Shown here piece by piece: positions 48,301-63,300 of a DNA stretch of 64,000 nt; within the stretch, counting starts at the first letter, position 1, and every line of letters begins with the position of its first letter. The position numbers were made by a program, and so were the translations under genes. The notes beneath the pieces were generated by a model, which saw only the letters and a list, made by a program, of their open reading frames with translations, was not told the DNA's origin and did no database searches. The stretch comes from Nemertoderma westbladi (lineage: Eukaryota > Animalia > Xenacoelomorpha): positions 62,001-126,000 of the forward strand of contig JAUCBJ010007253.1 of the NCBI GenBank assembly GCA_032718475.1, given 5' to 3'.

Positions 48301-51300
48301 TTCTGAGTTGGCTATTTTGTTGTAGTAATAAAAACTAACCTGATATCTTTTGATTTGAATAGTTTTTTGTATTAATATAAACTAAACTTCTTCTGAGTTG
48401 GCTATTTTGTTGTAGTAATAAAAACTAACCTGATATCTTTTGATTTGGATAGTTTTTTTTAGTAATATAAACTAAACTTCTTCTGAGTTGGCTATTTCGT
48501 TGTAGTAATAAAAACTAACCTGGTATCTTTTGATTTGGATAGTTTTTTTTAGTAATATAAACTAAACTTCTTCTGAGTTGGTTATTTTGTTGTAGTAATA
48601 AAAACTAACCTGATATCTTTTGATTTGGATAGTTTTTTGTATTAATATAAACTAAACTTCTTCTGAGTTGGCTATTTCGTTGTAGTAATAAAAACTAACC
48701 TGGTATCTTTTGATTTGGATAGTTTTTTTTAGTAATATAAACTAAACTTCTTCTGAGTTGGTTATTTTGTTGTAGTAATAAAAACTAACCTGATATCTTT
48801 TGATTTGGATAGTTTTTTGTAGTAATATAAACTAAACTTCTTCTGAGTTGGCTATTTTGTTGTAGTAATAAAAACTAACCTGGTATCCTTTTGATTTGGA
48901 TAGTTTTTTGTATTAATATAAACTAAACTTCTTTTGAGTTGGCTATTTCGTTGTAGTAATAAAAACTAACCTGATATCCTTTGATTTGAATAGTTTTTTG
49001 TAGTAATATAAACTAAACTTCTTCTGAGTTGGCTATTTTGTTGTAGTAATAAAAACTAACCTGATATCTTTTGATTTGAATAGTTTTTTGTATTAATATA
49101 AACTAAACTTCTTCTGAGTTGGCTATTTTGTTGTAGTAATAAAAACTAACCTGATATCTTTTGATTTGGATAGTTTTTTTTAGTAATATAAACTAAACTT
49201 CTTCTGAGTTGGCTATTTCGTTGTAGTAATAAAAACTAACCTGGTATCTTTTGATTTGGATAGTTTTTTTTAGTAATATAAACTAAACTTCTTCTGAGTT
49301 GGTTATTTTGTTGTAGTAATAAAAACTAACCTGATATCTTTTGATTTGGATAGTTTTTTGTATTAATATAAACTAAACTTCTTCTGAGTTGGCTATTTCG
49401 TTGTAGTAATAAAAACTAACCTGGTATCTTTTGATTTGGATAGTTTTTTTTAGTAATATAAACTAAACTTCTTCTGAGTTGGTTATTTTGTTGTAGTAAT
49501 AAAAACTAACCTGATATCTTTTGATTTGGATAGTTTTTTGTAGTAATATAAACTAAACTTCTTCTGAGTTGGCTATTTTGTTGTAGTAATAAAAACTAAC
49601 CTGGTATCCTTTTGATTTGGATAGTTTTTTGTATTAATATAAACTAAACTTCTTTTGAGTTGGCTATTTTGTTGTAGTAATAAAAACTAACCTGGTATCC
49701 TTTTGATTTGGATAGTTTTTTGTATTAATATAAACTAAACTTCTTTTGAGTTGGCTATTTTGTTGTAGTAATAAAAACTAACCTGGTATCCTTTTGATTT
49801 GGATAGTTTTTTGTATTAATATAAACTAAACTTCTTCTGAGTTGGCTATTTTGTTGTAGTAATAAAAACTAACCTGATATCTTTTGATTTGGATAGTTTT
49901 TTGTATTAATATAAACTAAACTTCTTCTGAGTTGGCTATTTTGTTGTAGTAATAAAAACTAACCTGATATCTTTTGATTTGGATAGTTTTTTGTATTAAT
50001 ATAAACTAAACTTCTTCTGAGTTGGCTATTTTGTTGTAGTAATAAAAACTAACCTGATATCTTTTGATTTGGATAGTTTTTTGTATTAATATAAACTAAA
50101 CTTCTTCTGAGTTGGCTATTTTATTGTAGTAATAAAAACTAACCTGATATCTTTTGATTTGGATAGTTTTTTGTATTAATATAAACTAAACTTCTTCTGA
50201 GTTGGCTATTTTGTTGTAGTAATAAAAACTAACCTGATATCTTTTGATTTGAATAGTTTTTTGTAGTAATATAAACTAAACTTCTTCTGAGTTGGCTATT
50301 TCGTTGTAGTAATAAAAACTAACCTGGTATCCTTTTGATTTGAATAGTTTTTTGTAGTAATATAAACTAAACTTCTTCTGAGTTGGCTATTTTGTTGTAG
50401 TAATAAAAACTAACCTGATATCTTTTGATTTGGATAGTTTTTTGTAGTAATATAAACTAAACTTCTTCTGAGTTGGCTATTTTATTGTAGTAATAAAAAC
50501 TAACCTGATATCCTTTTGATTTGTATAGTTTTTTGTAGTAATATAAACTAAACTTCTTCTGAGTTGGCTATTTTGTTGTAGTAATAAAAACTAACCTGAT
50601 ATCCTTTTGATTTGGATAGTTTTTTGTATTAATATAAACTAAACTTCTTCTGAGTTGGTTATTTTGTTGTAGTAATAAAAACTAACCTGGTATCCTTTTG
50701 ATTTGGATAGTTTTTTGTATTAATATAAACTAAACTTCTTCTGAGTTGGCTATTTTGTTGTAGTAATAAAAACTAACCTGATATCTTTTGATTTGGATAG
50801 TTTTTTGTATTAATATAAACTAAACTTCTTCTGAGTTGGCTATTTTGTTGTAGTAATAAAAACTAACCTGATATCTTTTGATTTGGATAGTTTTTTGTAT
50901 TAATATAAACTAAACTTCTTCTGAGTTGGCTATTTTATTGTAGTAATAAAAACTAACCTGGTATCCTTTTGATTTGAATAGTTTTTTGTATTAATATAAA
51001 CTAAACTTCTTCTGAGTTGGCTATTTTGTTGTAGTAATAAAAACTAACCTGATATCTTTTGATTTGGATAGTTTTTTGTATTAATATAAACTAAACTTCT
51101 TCTGAGTTGGTTATTTCGTTGTAGTAATAAAAACTAACCTGATATCCTTTTGATTTGGATAGTTTTTTGTATTAATATAAACTAAACTTCTTCTGAGTTG
51201 GCTATTTTATTTTAGTAATAACAACTAACCTGGTATCTTTTGATTTGGATAGTTTTTTGTAGTAATATAAACTAAACTTCTTCTGAGTTGGCTATTTTGT

Positions 51301-54300
51301 TGTAGTAATAAAAACTAACCTGATATCCTTTTGATTTGTATAGTTTTTTGTATTAATATAAACTAAACTTCTTCTGAGTTGGCTATTTTGTTGTAGTAAT
51401 AAAAACTAACCTGATATCTTTTGATTTGAATAGTTTTTTGTAGTAATATAAACTAAACTTCTTTTGAGTTGGCTATTTTGTTGTAGTAATAAAAACTAAC
51501 CTGATATCTTTTGATTTGAATAGTTTTTTGTAGTAATATAAACTAAACTTCTTTTGAGTTGGCTATTTTGTTGTAGTAATAAAAACTAACCTGATATCTT
51601 TTGATTTGTATAGTTTTTTGTATTAATATAAACTAAACTTCTTTTGAGTTGGCTATTTTGTTGTAGTAATAAAAACTAACCTGATATCTTTTGATTTGTA
51701 TAGTTTTTTGTATTAATATAAACTAAACTTCTTTTGAGTTGGCTATTTTGTTGTAGTAATAAAAACTAACCTGATATCTTTTGATTTGAATAGTTTTTTG
51801 TAGTAATATAAACTAAACTTCTTTTGAGTTGGCTATTTTGTTGTAGTAATAAAAACTAACCTGATATCTTTTGATTTGAATAGTTTTTTGTAGTAATATA
51901 AACTAAACTTCTTTTGAGTTGGCTATTTTGTTGTAGTAATAAAAACTAACCTGATATCTTTTGATTTGTATAGTTTTTTGTATTAATATAAACTAAACTT
52001 CTTTTGAGTTGGCTATTTTGTTGTAGTAATAAAAACTAACCTGATATCTTTTGATTTGTATAGTTTTTTGTATTAATATAAACTAAACTTCTTTTGAGTT
52101 GGCTATTTTGTTGTAGTAATAAAAACTAACCTGATATCTTTTGATTTGTATAGTTTTTTGTATTAATATAAACTAAACTTCTTCTGAGTTGGCTATTTTG
52201 TTGTAGTAATAAAAACTAACCTGGTATCCTTTTGATTTGGATAGTTTTTTGTATTAATATAAACTAAACTTCTTCTGAGTTGGTTATTTTGTTGTAGTAA
52301 TAAAAACTAACCTGGTATCTTTTGATTTGGATAGTTTTTTGTATTAATATAAACTAAACTTCTTCTGAGTTGGTTATTTTGTTGTAGTAATAAAAACTAA
52401 CCTGGTATCTTTTGATTTGGATAGTTTTTTGTATTAATATAAACTAAACTTCTTCTGAGTTGGCTATTTTATTGTAGTAATAAAAACTAACCTGGTATCC
52501 TTTTGATTTGAATAGTTTTTTGTATTAATATAAACTAAACTTCTTCTGAGTTGGCTATTTTATTGTAGTAATAAAAACTAACCTGGTATCCTTTTGATTT
52601 GGATAGTTTTTTGTATTAATATAAACTAAACTTCTTTTGAGTTGGTTATTTTGTTGTAGTAATAAAAACTAACCTGGTATCTTTTGATTTGGATAGTTTT
52701 TTGTATTAATATAAACTAAACTTCTTCTGAGTTGGTTATTTTGTTGTAGTAATAAAAACTAACCTGGTATCCTTTTGATTTGGATAGTTTTTTGTATTAA
52801 TATAAACTAAACTTCTTTTGAGTTGGTTATTTTGTTGTAGTAATAAAAACTAACCTGGTATCTTTTGATTTGGATAGTTTTTTGTATTAATATAAACTAA
52901 ACTTCTTCTGAGTTGGTTATTTTGTTGTAGTAATAAAAACTAACCTGATATCTTTTGATTTGGATAGTTTTTTGTATTAATATAAACTAAACTTCTTCTG
53001 AGTTGGTTATTTTGTTGTAGTAATAAAAACTAACCTGGTATCTTTTGATTTGGATAGTTTTTTGTATTAATATAAACTAAACTTCTTCTGAGTTGGTTAT
53101 TTTGTTGTAGTAATAAAAACTAACCTGGTATCCTTTTGATTTGGATAGTTTTTTGTATTAATATAAACTAAACTTCTTTTGAGTTGGTTATTTTGTTGTA
53201 GTAATAAAAACTAACCTGGTATCTTTTGATTTGGATAGTTTTTTGTATTAATATAAACTAAACTTCTTCTGAGTTGGTTATTTTGTTGTAGTAATAAAAA
53301 CTAACCTGGTATCTTTTGATTTGGATAGTTTTTTGTAGTAATATAAACTAAACTTCTTCTGAGTTGGCTATTTTATTGTAGTAATAAAAACTAACCTGGT
53401 ATCCTTTTGATTTGGATAGTTTTTTGTATTAATATAAACTAAACTTCTTCTGAGTTGGCTATTTTGTTGTAGTAATAAAAACTAACCTGATATCCTTTTG
53501 ATTTGGATAGTTTTTTGTATTAATATAAACTAAACTTCTTCTGAGTTGGTTATTTCGTTGTAGTAATAAAAACTAACCTGGTATCTTTTGATTTGGATAG
53601 TTTTTTGTATTAATATAAACTAAACTTCTTCTGAGTTGGTTATTTCGTTGTAGTAATAAAAACTAACCTGGTATCTTTTGATTTGGATAGTTTTTTGTAG
53701 TAATATAAACTAAACTTCTTCTGAGTTGGCTATTTTATTGTAGTAATAAAAACTAACCTGGTATCCTTTTGATTTGGATAGTTTTTTGTATTAATATAAA
53801 CTAAACTTCTTCTGAGTTGGCTATTTTATTGTAGTAATAAAAACTAACCTGATATCCTTTTGATTTGGATAGTTTTTTGTATTAATATAAACTAAACTTC
53901 TTTTGAGTTGGTTATTTTGTTGTAGTAATAAAAACTAACCTGATATCTTTTGATTTGGATAGTTTTTTGTAGTAATATAAACTAAACTTCTTCTGAGTTG
54001 GCTATTTTATTGTAGTAATAAAAACTAACCTGGTATCCTTTTGATTTGGATAGTTTTTTGTATTAATATAAACTAAACTTCTTCTGAGTTGGTTATTTCG
54101 TTGTAGTAATAAAAACTAACCTGGTATCTTTTGATTTGGATAGTTTTTTGTAGTAATATAAACTAAACTTCTTCTGAGTTGGCTATTTTATTGTAGTAAT
54201 AAAAACTAACCTGGTATCCTTTTGATTTGGATAGTTTTTTGTATTAATATAAACTAAACTTCTTCTGAGTTGGCTATTTTATTGTAGTAATAAAAACTAA

Positions 54301-57300
54301 CCTGATATCCTTTTGATTTGGATAGTTTTTTGTAGTAATATAAACTAAACTTCTTCTGAGTTGGCTATTTTGTTGTAGTAATAAAAACTAACCTGATATC
54401 CTTTTGATTTGGATAGTTTTTTGTATTAATATAAACTAAACTTCTTCTGAGTTGGTTATTTCGTTGTAGTAATAAAAACTAACCTGGTATCTTTTGATTT
54501 GGATAGTTTTTTGTATTAATATAAACTAAACTTCTTCTGAGTTGGCTATTTTATTGTAGTAATAAAAACTAACCTGGTATCCTTTTGATTTGGATAGTTT
54601 TTTGTATTAATATAAACTAAACTTCTTCTGAGTTGGCTATTTCGTTGTAGTAATAAAAACTAACCTGGTATCCTTTTGATTTGGATAGTTTTTTGTATTA
54701 ATATAAACTAAACTTCTTCTGAGTTGGCTATTTTATTGTAGTAATAAAAACTAACCTGGTATCCTTTTGATTTGGATAGTTTTTTGTATTAATATAAACT
54801 AAACTTCTTCTGAGTTGGCTATTTCGTTGTAGTAATAAAAACTAACCTGGTATCTTTTGATTTGGATAGTTTTTTGTAGTAATATAAACTAAACTTCTTC
54901 TGAGTTGGCTATTTTATTGTAGTAATAAAAACTAACCTGGTATCCTTTTGATTTGGATAGTTTTTTGTATTAATATAAACTAAACTTCTTCTGAGTTGGC
55001 TATTTCGTTGTAGTAATAAAAACTAACCTGGTATCCTTTTGATTTGGATAGTTTTTTGTATTAATATAAACTAAACTTCTTCTGAGTTGGCTATTTTATT
55101 GTAGTAATAAAAACTAACCTGGTATCCTTTTGATTTGGATAGTTTTTTGTATTAATATAAACTAAACTTCTTCTGAGTTGGCTATTTCGTTGTAGTAATA
55201 AAAACTAACCTGGTATCTTTTGATTTGGATAGTTTTTTGTAGTAATATAAACTAAACTTCTTCTGAGTTGGCTATTTTATTGTAGTAATAAAAACTAACC
55301 TGGTATCTTTTGATTTGGATAGTTTTTTGTAGTAATATAAACTAAACTTCTTCTGAGTTGGCTATTTCGTTGTAGTAATAAAAACTAACCTGGTATCCTT
55401 TTGATTTGGATAGTTTTTTGTATTAATATAAACTAAACTTCTTCTGAGTTGGCTATTTTATTGTAGTAATAAAAACTAACCTGGTATCCTTTTGATTTGG
55501 ATAGTTTTTTGTATTAATATAAACTAAACTTCTTCTGAGTTGGCTATTTCGTTGTAGTAATAAAAACTAACCTGGTATCCTTTTGATTTGGATAGTTTTT
55601 TGTATTAATATAAACTAAACTTCTTCTGAGTTGGCTATTTTATTGTAGTAATAAAAACTAACCTGGTATCCTTTTGATTTGGATAGTTTTTTGTATTAAT
55701 ATAAACTAAACTTCTTCTGAGTTGGCTATTTCGTTGTAGTAATAAAAACTAACCTGGTATCTTTTGATTTGGATAGTTTTTTGTAGTAATATAAACTAAA
55801 CTTCTTCTGAGTTGGCTATTTTATTGTAGTAATAAAAACTAACCTGGTATCTTTTGATTTGGATAGTTTTTTGTAGTAATATAAACTAAACTTCTTCTGA
55901 GTTGGCTATTTCGTTGTAGTAATAAAAACTAACCTGGTATCCTTTTGATTTGGATAGTTTTTTGTATTAATATAAACTAAACTTCTTCTGAGTTGGTTAT
56001 TTCGTTGTAGTAATAAAAACTAACCTGATATCTTTTGATTTGGATAGTTTTTTGTAGTAATATAAACTAAACTTCTTCTGAGTTGGCTATTTTATTGTAG
56101 TAATAAAAACTAACCTGGTATCCTTTTGATTTGGATAGTTTTTTGTATTAATATAAACTAAACTTCTTCTGAGTTGGCTATTTTGTTGTAGTAATAAAAA
56201 CTAACCTGATATCCTTTTGATTTGAATAGTTTTTTGTAGTAATATAAACTAAACTTCTTCTGAGTTGGCTATTTCGTTGTAGTAATAAAAACTAACCTGG
56301 TATCCTTTTGATTTGGATAGTTTTTTGTATTAATATAAACTAAACTTCTTCTGAGTTGGTTATTTCGTTGTAGTAATAAAAACTAACCTGATATCTTTTG
56401 ATTTGGATAGTTTTTTGTAGTAATATAAACTAAACTTCTTCTGAGTTGGCTATTTTATTGTAGTAATAAAAACTAACCTGGTATCCTTTTGATTTGGATA
56501 GTTTTTTGTATTAATATAAACTAAACTTCTTCTGAGTTGGTTATTTCGTTGTAGTAATAAAAACTAACCTGGTATCTTTTGATTTGGATAGTTTTTTGTA
56601 GTAATATAAACTAAACTTCTTCTGAGTTGGCTAATTTGTTGTAGTAATAAAAACTAACCTGATATCCTTTTGATTTGGATAGTTTTTTGTATTAATATAA
56701 ACTAAACTTCTTCTGAGTTGGCTATTTTATTGTAGTAATAAAAACTAACCTGATATCCTTTTGATTTGGATAGTTTTTTGTATTAATATAAACTAAACTT
56801 CTTCTGAGTTGGCTATTTTATTGTAGTAATAAAAACTAACCTGGTATCCTTTTGATTTGGATAGTTTTTTGTATTAATATAAACTAAACTTCTTCTGAGT
56901 TGGCTATTTTATTGTAGTAATAAAAACTAACCTGATATCCTTTTGATTTGGATAGTTTTTTGTATTAATATAAACTAAACTTCTTCTGAGTTGGCTATTT
57001 TATTGTAGTAATAAAAACTAACCTGGTATCCTTTTGATTTGGATAGTTTTTTGTATTAATATAAACTAAACTTCTTCTGAGTTGGCTATTTCGTTGTAGT
57101 AATAAAAACTAACCTGGTATCTTTTGATTTGAATAGTTTTTTGTATTAATATAAACTAAACTTCTTCTGAGTTGGCTATTTTGTTGTAGTAATAAAAACT
57201 AACCTGGTATCCTTTTGATTTGAATAGTTTTTTGTAGTAATATAAACTAAACTTCTTCTGAGTTGGCTATTTTGTTGTAGTAATAAAAACTAACCTGGTA

Positions 57301-60300
57301 TCCTTTTGATTTGGATAGTTTTTTGTATTAATATAAACTAAACTTCTTCTGAGTTGGCTATTTTATTGTAGTAATAAAAACTAACCTGGTATCCTTTTGA
57401 TTTGAATAGTTTTTTGTAGTAATATAAACTAAACTTCTTCTGAGTTGGCTATTTTGTTGTAGTAATAAAAACTAACCTGGTATCCTTTTGATTTGGATAG
57501 TTTTTTGTATTAATATAAACTAAACTTCTTCTGAGTTGGCTATTTTATTGTAGTAATAAAAACTAACCTGGTATCCTTTTGATTTGGATAGTTTTTTGTA
57601 TTAATATAAACTAAACTTCTTCTGAGTTGGCTATTTTATTGTAGTAATAAAAACTAACCTGGTATCCTTTTGATTTGGATAGTTTTTTGTATTAATATAA
57701 ACTAAACTTCTTCTGAGTTGGCTATTTTGTTGTAGTAATAAAAACTAACCTGATATCTTTTGATTTGGATAGTTTTTTGTAGTAATATAAACTAAACTTC
57801 TTCTGAGTTGGCTATTTTATTGTAGTAATAAAAACTAACCTGGTATCCTTTTGATTTGGATAGTTTTTTGTATTAATATAAACTAAACTTCTTCTGAGTT
57901 GGCTATTTTGTTGTAGTAATAAAAACTAACCTGATATCTTTTGATTTGGATAGTTTTTTGTAGTAATATAAACTAAACTTCTTCTGAGTTGGCTATTTTA
58001 TTGTAGTAATAAAAACTAACCTGGTATCTTTTGATTTGGATAGTTTTTTGTATTAATATAAACTAAACTTCTTCTGAGTTGGTTATTTTGTTGTAGTAAT
58101 AAAAACTAACCTGATATCTTTTGATTTGGATAGTTTTTTGTAGTAATATAAACTAAACTTCTTCTGAGTTGGCTATTTTGTTGTAGTAATAAAAACTAAC
58201 CTGGTATCCTTTTGATTTGGATAGTTTTTTGTATTAATATAAACTAAACTTCTTCTGAGTTGGCTATTTTGTTGTAGTAATAAAAACTAACCTGATATCT
58301 TTTGATTTGGATAGTTTTTTGTAGTAATATAAACTAAACTTCTTCTGAGTTGGCTATTTTGTTGTAGTAATAAAAACTAACCTGGTATCCTTTTGATTTG
58401 GATAGTTTTTTGTATTAATATAAACTAAACTTCTTCTGAGTTGGCTATTTTATTGTAGTAATAAAAACTAACCTGATATCCTTTTGATTTGGATAGTTTT
58501 TTGTATTAATATAAACTAAACTTATTTTGAGTTGGCTATTTCGTTGTAGTAATAAAAACTAACCTGGTATCTTTTGATTTGGATAGTTTTTTGTATTAAT
58601 ATAAACTAAACTTATTTTGAGTTGGCTATTTCGTTGTAGTAATAAAAACTAACCTGATATCTTTTGATTTGGATAGTTTTTTGTATTAATATAAACTAAA
58701 CTTCTTCTGAGTTGGCTAATTTGTTGTAGTAATAAAAACTAACCTGGTATCTTTTGATTTGGATAGTTTTTTGTATTAATATAAACTAAACTTCTTCTGA
58801 GTTGGCTATTTCGTTGTAGTAATAAAAACTAACCTGGTATCTTTTGATTTGGATAGTTTTTTGTATTAATATAAACTAAACTTCTTCTGAGTTGGCTATT
58901 TCGTTGTAGTAATAAAAACCAACCTGGTATCTTTTGATTTGGATAGTTTTTTGTATTAATATAAACTAAACTTCTTCTGAGTTGGCTATTTCGTTGTAGT
59001 AATAAAAACTAACCTGGTATCTTTTGATTTGGATAGTTTTTTGTATTAATATAAACTAAACTTCTTCTGAGTTGGCTATTTCGTTGTAGTAATAAAAACT
59101 AACCTGGTATCTTTTGATTTGGATAGTTTTTTGTATTAATATAAACTAAACTTCTTCTGAGTTGGCTATTTCGTTGTAGTAATAAAAACTAACCTGGTAT
59201 CTTTTGATTTGGATAGTTTTTTGTATTAATATAAACTAAACTTCTTCTGAGTTGGCTATTTCGTTGTAGTAATAAAAACCAACCTGATATCCTTTTGATT
59301 TGGATAGTTTTTTGTATTAATATAAACTAAACTTCTTCTGAGTTGGTTATTTTGTTGTAGTAATAAAAACTAACCTGATATCTTTTGATTTGGATAGTTT
59401 TTTGTATTAATATAAACTAAACTTCTTCTGAGTTGGTTATTTTGTTGTAGTAATAAAAACTAACCTGATATCTTTTGATTTGGATAGTTTTTTGTATTAA
59501 TATAAACTAAACTTCTTCTGAGTTGGTTATTTTGTTGTAGTAATAAAAACTAACCTGATATCTTTTGATTTGGATAGTTTTTTGTATTAATATAAACTAA
59601 ACTTCTTCTGAGTTGGCTATTCGTTGTAGTAATAAAAACCAACCTGATATCCTTTTGATTTGGATAGTTTTTTGTATTAATATAAACTAAACTTCTTCTG
59701 AGTTGGTTATTTTGTTGTAGTAATAAAAACTAACCTGATATCTTTTGATTTGGATAGTTTTTTGTATTAATATAAACTAAACTTCTTCTGAGTTGGTTAT
59801 TTTGTTGTAGTAATAAAAACTAACCTGATATCTTTTGATTTGGATAGTTTTTTGTATTAATATAAACTAAACTTCTTCTGAGTTGGTTATTTTGTTGTAG
59901 TAATAAAAACTAACCTGATATCTTTTGATTTGGATAGTTTTTTGTATTAATATAAACTAAACTTCTTCTGAGTTGGCTATTTCGTTGTAGTAATAAAAAC
60001 TAACCTGATATCTTTTTGATTTGAATAGTTTTTTGTATTAATATAAACTAAACTTCTTCTGAGTTGGTTATTTTGTTGTAGTAATAAAAACTAACCTGAT
60101 ATCTTTTGATTTGGATAGTTTTTTGTATTAATATAAACTAAACTTCTTCTGAGTTGGCTATTTCGTTGTAGTAATAAAAACCAACCTGATATCCTTTTGA
60201 TTTGGATAGTTTTTTGTATTAATATAAACTAAACTTCTTCTGAGTTGGTTATTTTGTTGTAGTAATAAAAACTAACCTGATATCTTTTGATTTGGATAGT

Positions 60301-63300
60301 TTTTTGTATTAATATAAACTAAACTTCTTCTGAGTTGGTTATTTTGTTGTAGTAATAAAAACTAACCTGATATCTTTTGATTTGGATAGTTTTTTGTATT
60401 AATATAAACTAAACTTCTTCTGAGTTGGTTATTTTGTTGTAGTAATAAAAACTAACCTGATATCTTTTGATTTGGATAGTTTTTTGTATTAATATAAACT
60501 AAACTTCTTCTGAGTTGGCTATTTCGTTGTAGTAATAAAAACTAACCTGATATCTTTTTGATTTGAATAGTTTTTTGTATTAATATAAACTAAACTTCTT
60601 CTGAGTTGGCTATTTTATTGTAGTAATAAAAACTAACCTGATATCCTTTTGATTTGGATAGTTTTTTGTATTAATATAAACTAAACTTCTTCTGAGTTGG
60701 CTATTTTATTGTAGTAATAAAAACTAACCTGATATCCTTTTGATTTGGATAGTTTTTTGTATTAATATAAACTAAACTTCTTCTGAGTTGGCTATTTCGT
60801 TGTAGTAATAAAAACTAACCTGGTATCTTTTGATTTGGATAGTTTTTTGTATTAATATAAACTAAACTTCTTCTGAGTTGGCTATTTCGTTGTAGTAATA
60901 AAAACTAACCTGGTATCTTTTGATTTGGATAGTTTTTTGTATTAATATAAACTAAACTTCTTCTGAGTTGGCTATTTTATTGTAGTAATAAAAACTAACC
61001 TGGTATCCTTTTGATTTGGATAGTTTTTTGTATTAATATAAACTAAACTTCTTCTGAGTTGGCTATTTCGTTGTAGTAATAAAAACTAACCTGGTATCTT
61101 TTGATTTGGATAGTTTTTTGTATTAATATAAACTAAACTTCTTCTGAGTTGGCTATTTTATTGTAGTAATAAAAACTAACCTGGTATCCTTTTGATTTGG
61201 ATAGTTTTTTGTATTAATATAAACTAAACTTCTTCTGAGTTGGCTATTTTATTGTAGTAATAAAAACTAACCTGATATCCTTTTGATTTGGATAGTTTTT
61301 TGTATTAATATAAACTAAACTTCTTCTGAGTTGGCTATTTTGTTGTAGTAATAAAAACTAACCTGGTATCCTTTTGATTTGGATAGTTTTTTGTATTAAT
61401 ATAAACTAAACTTCTTCTGAGTTGGCTATTTTATTGTAGTAATAAAAACTAACCTGATATCCTTTTGATTTGGATAGTTTTTTGTATTAATATAAACTAA
61501 ACTTCTTCTGAGTTGGCTATTTTGTTGTAGTAATAAAAACTAACCTGGTATCCTTTTGATTTGGATAGTTTTTTGTATTAATATAAACTAAACTTCTTCT
61601 GAGTTGGCTATTTTATTGTAGTAATAAAAACTAACCTGATATCCTTTTGATTTGGATAGTTTTTTGTATTAATATAAACTAAACTTCTTCTGAGTTGGCT
61701 ATTTTGTTGTAGTAATAAAAACTAACCTGGTATCTTTTGATTTGGATAGTTTTTTGTATTAATATAAACTAAACTTCTTCTGAGTTGGCTATTTTGTTGT
61801 AGTAATAAAAACTAACCTGGTATCCTTTTGATTTGGATAGTTTTTTGTATTAATATAAACTAAACTTCTTCTGAGTTGGCTATTTTATTGTAGTAATAAA
61901 AACTAACCTGGTATCCTTTTGATTTGGATAGTTTTTTGTATTAATATAAACTAAACTTCTTCTGAGTTGGCTATTTTATTGTAGTAATAAAAACTAACCT
62001 GATATCCTTTTGATTTGGATAGTTTTTTGTATTAATATAAACTAAACTTCTTCTGAGTTGGCTATTTTGTTGTAGTAATAAAAACTAACCTGATATCTTT
62101 TGATTTGGATAGTTTTTTGTAGTAATATAAACTAAACTTCTTCTGAGTTGGCTATTTTGTTGTAGTAATAAAAACTAACCTGGTATCCTTTTGATTTGGA
62201 TAGTTTTTTGTATTAATATAAACTAAACTTCTTCTGAGTTGGCTATTTTATTGTAGTAATAAAAACTAACCTGATATCCTTTTGATTTGGATAGTTTTTT
62301 GTATTAATATAAACTAAACTTCTTCTGAGTTGGTTATTTTGTTGTAGTAATAAAAACTAACCTGATATCTTTTGATTTGGATAGTTTTTTGTATTAATAT
62401 AAACTAAACTTCTTCTGAGTTGGCTATTTTATTGTAGTAATAAAAACTAACCTGATATCCTTTTGATTTGGATAGTTTTTTGTATTAATATAAACTAAAC
62501 TTCTTCTGAGTTGGTTATTTTGTTGTAGTAATAAAAACTAACCTGATATCTTTTGATTTGGATAGTTTTTTGTATTAATATAAACTAAACTTCTTCTGAG
62601 TTGGTTATTTTGTTGTAGTAATAAAAACTAACCTGATATCTTTTGATTTGGATAGTTTTTTGTATTAATATAAACTAAACTTCTTCTGAGTTGGTTATTT
62701 TGTTGTAGTAATAAAAACTAACCTGATATCTTTTGATTTGGATAGTTTTTTGTATTAATATAAACTAAACTTCTTCTGAGTTGGTTATTTTGTTGTAGTA
62801 ATAAAAACTAACCTGATATCTTTTGATTTGGATAGTTTTTTGTATTAATATAAACTAAACTTCTTCTGAGTTGGTTATTTTGTTGTAGTAATAAAAACTA
62901 ACCTGATATCTTTTGATTTGGATAGTTTTTTGTATTAATATAAACTAAACTTCTTCTGAGTTGGCTATTTCGTTGTAGTAATAAAAACTAACCTGATATC
63001 TTTTTGATTTGAATAGTTTTTTGTATTAATATAAACTAAACTTCTTCTGAGTTGGTTATTTTGTTGTAGTAATAAAAACTAACCTGATATCTTTTGATTT
63101 GGATAGTTTTTTGTATTAATATAAACTAAACTTCTTCTGAGTTGGTTATTTTGTTGTAGTAATAAAAACTAACCTGATATCTTTTGATTTGGATAGTTTT
63201 TTGTATTAATATAAACTAAACTTCTTCTGAGTTGGCTATTTCGTTGTAGTAATAAAAACTAACCTGATATCTTTTTGATTTGAATAGTTTTTTGTATTAA